Shown here: piece by piece, positions 63,599-64,000 of the stretch | Layout: each line of letters starts with the position of its first letter | How positions within the stretch are numbered: the first letter of the stretch is position 1 | From: Callorhinchus milii | Lineage: Eukaryota | Direction: 5' to 3' | DNA: 64,000 nucleotides | Assembly (NCBI RefSeq): GCF_018977255.1 | Contig: NW_024704743.1 | Location: 92,630,001 to 92,694,000, forward strand | Position numbers and translations under genes: made by a program | The notes under the pieces: generated by a model | What the model was told of the DNA's origin: nothing | The model's input: the letters and a program-made list of their open reading frames with translations, nothing else | Database searches by the model: none

Positions 63599-64000
63599 TT
63601 CCTTCTCTCCTGAAGGCACAAGCTGATCATGGAATAGGTTTCCACAAATCCCTGGCACTCTTCACAATTTCACCCAAGTGATTGAAGGATGCTTTCAAAG
63701 TACATTGTGTCAGAGCAGAAATCCCGTGGGTCAGTGTGACGTACATTCAGATTCCTTATTAAGAAATCCTATTAGAAATACAGGATGTTAGAACCTATGG
63801 AACCTAATGTGCTTCTATGAAAAAAGGTAACTGTTTCTGACCTTTTCAAATACATCCGGAACAGCAACAAATGAACCATTGAGCCTCGAGAAGCACATCT
63901 TACAATGAATATTAATTGTTGAATCTAGTGCAGTGCCTATTCGTCAGGAAGATATCTTAAAGTGCTTCCTGAGATTTACTGTAAGGTATAGTGACTGTGT

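Overview
This is AT-rich vertebrate non-coding DNA, intronic or intergenic. The repeat set (tRNA-Ala-headed Deu-type SINEs with L2 tails, CR1 and L2 LINEs, a Penelope element) points to a cartilaginous fish, possibly a chimaera; this is an inference. I could not confidently identify any host protein-coding exon, rRNA, true tRNA or CRISPR array. Every ORF I could recognise is a broken transposon ORF. Main contents: (1) a near full-length degenerate CR1 (35371-39365, -); (2) an apparently full-length single-ORF L2 (50531-54308, +) nested inside an older L2, with a canonical sense-strand intron-like segment directly before its ATG; (3) many 5'-truncated L2 and CR1 pieces, several joined tail-out in opposite orientation; (4) two SINE generations; (5) a Penelope GIY-YIG fragment and decayed hammerhead-like ends; (6) about 8 copies of a ~550 bp repeat that looks like the long structured 3' UTR of a CCHC-ending (RTEX-like) LINE; (7) very old hAT and Harbinger transposase fossils; (8) one strong CTCF-like motif. 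Boundaries were read by eye and are approximate.
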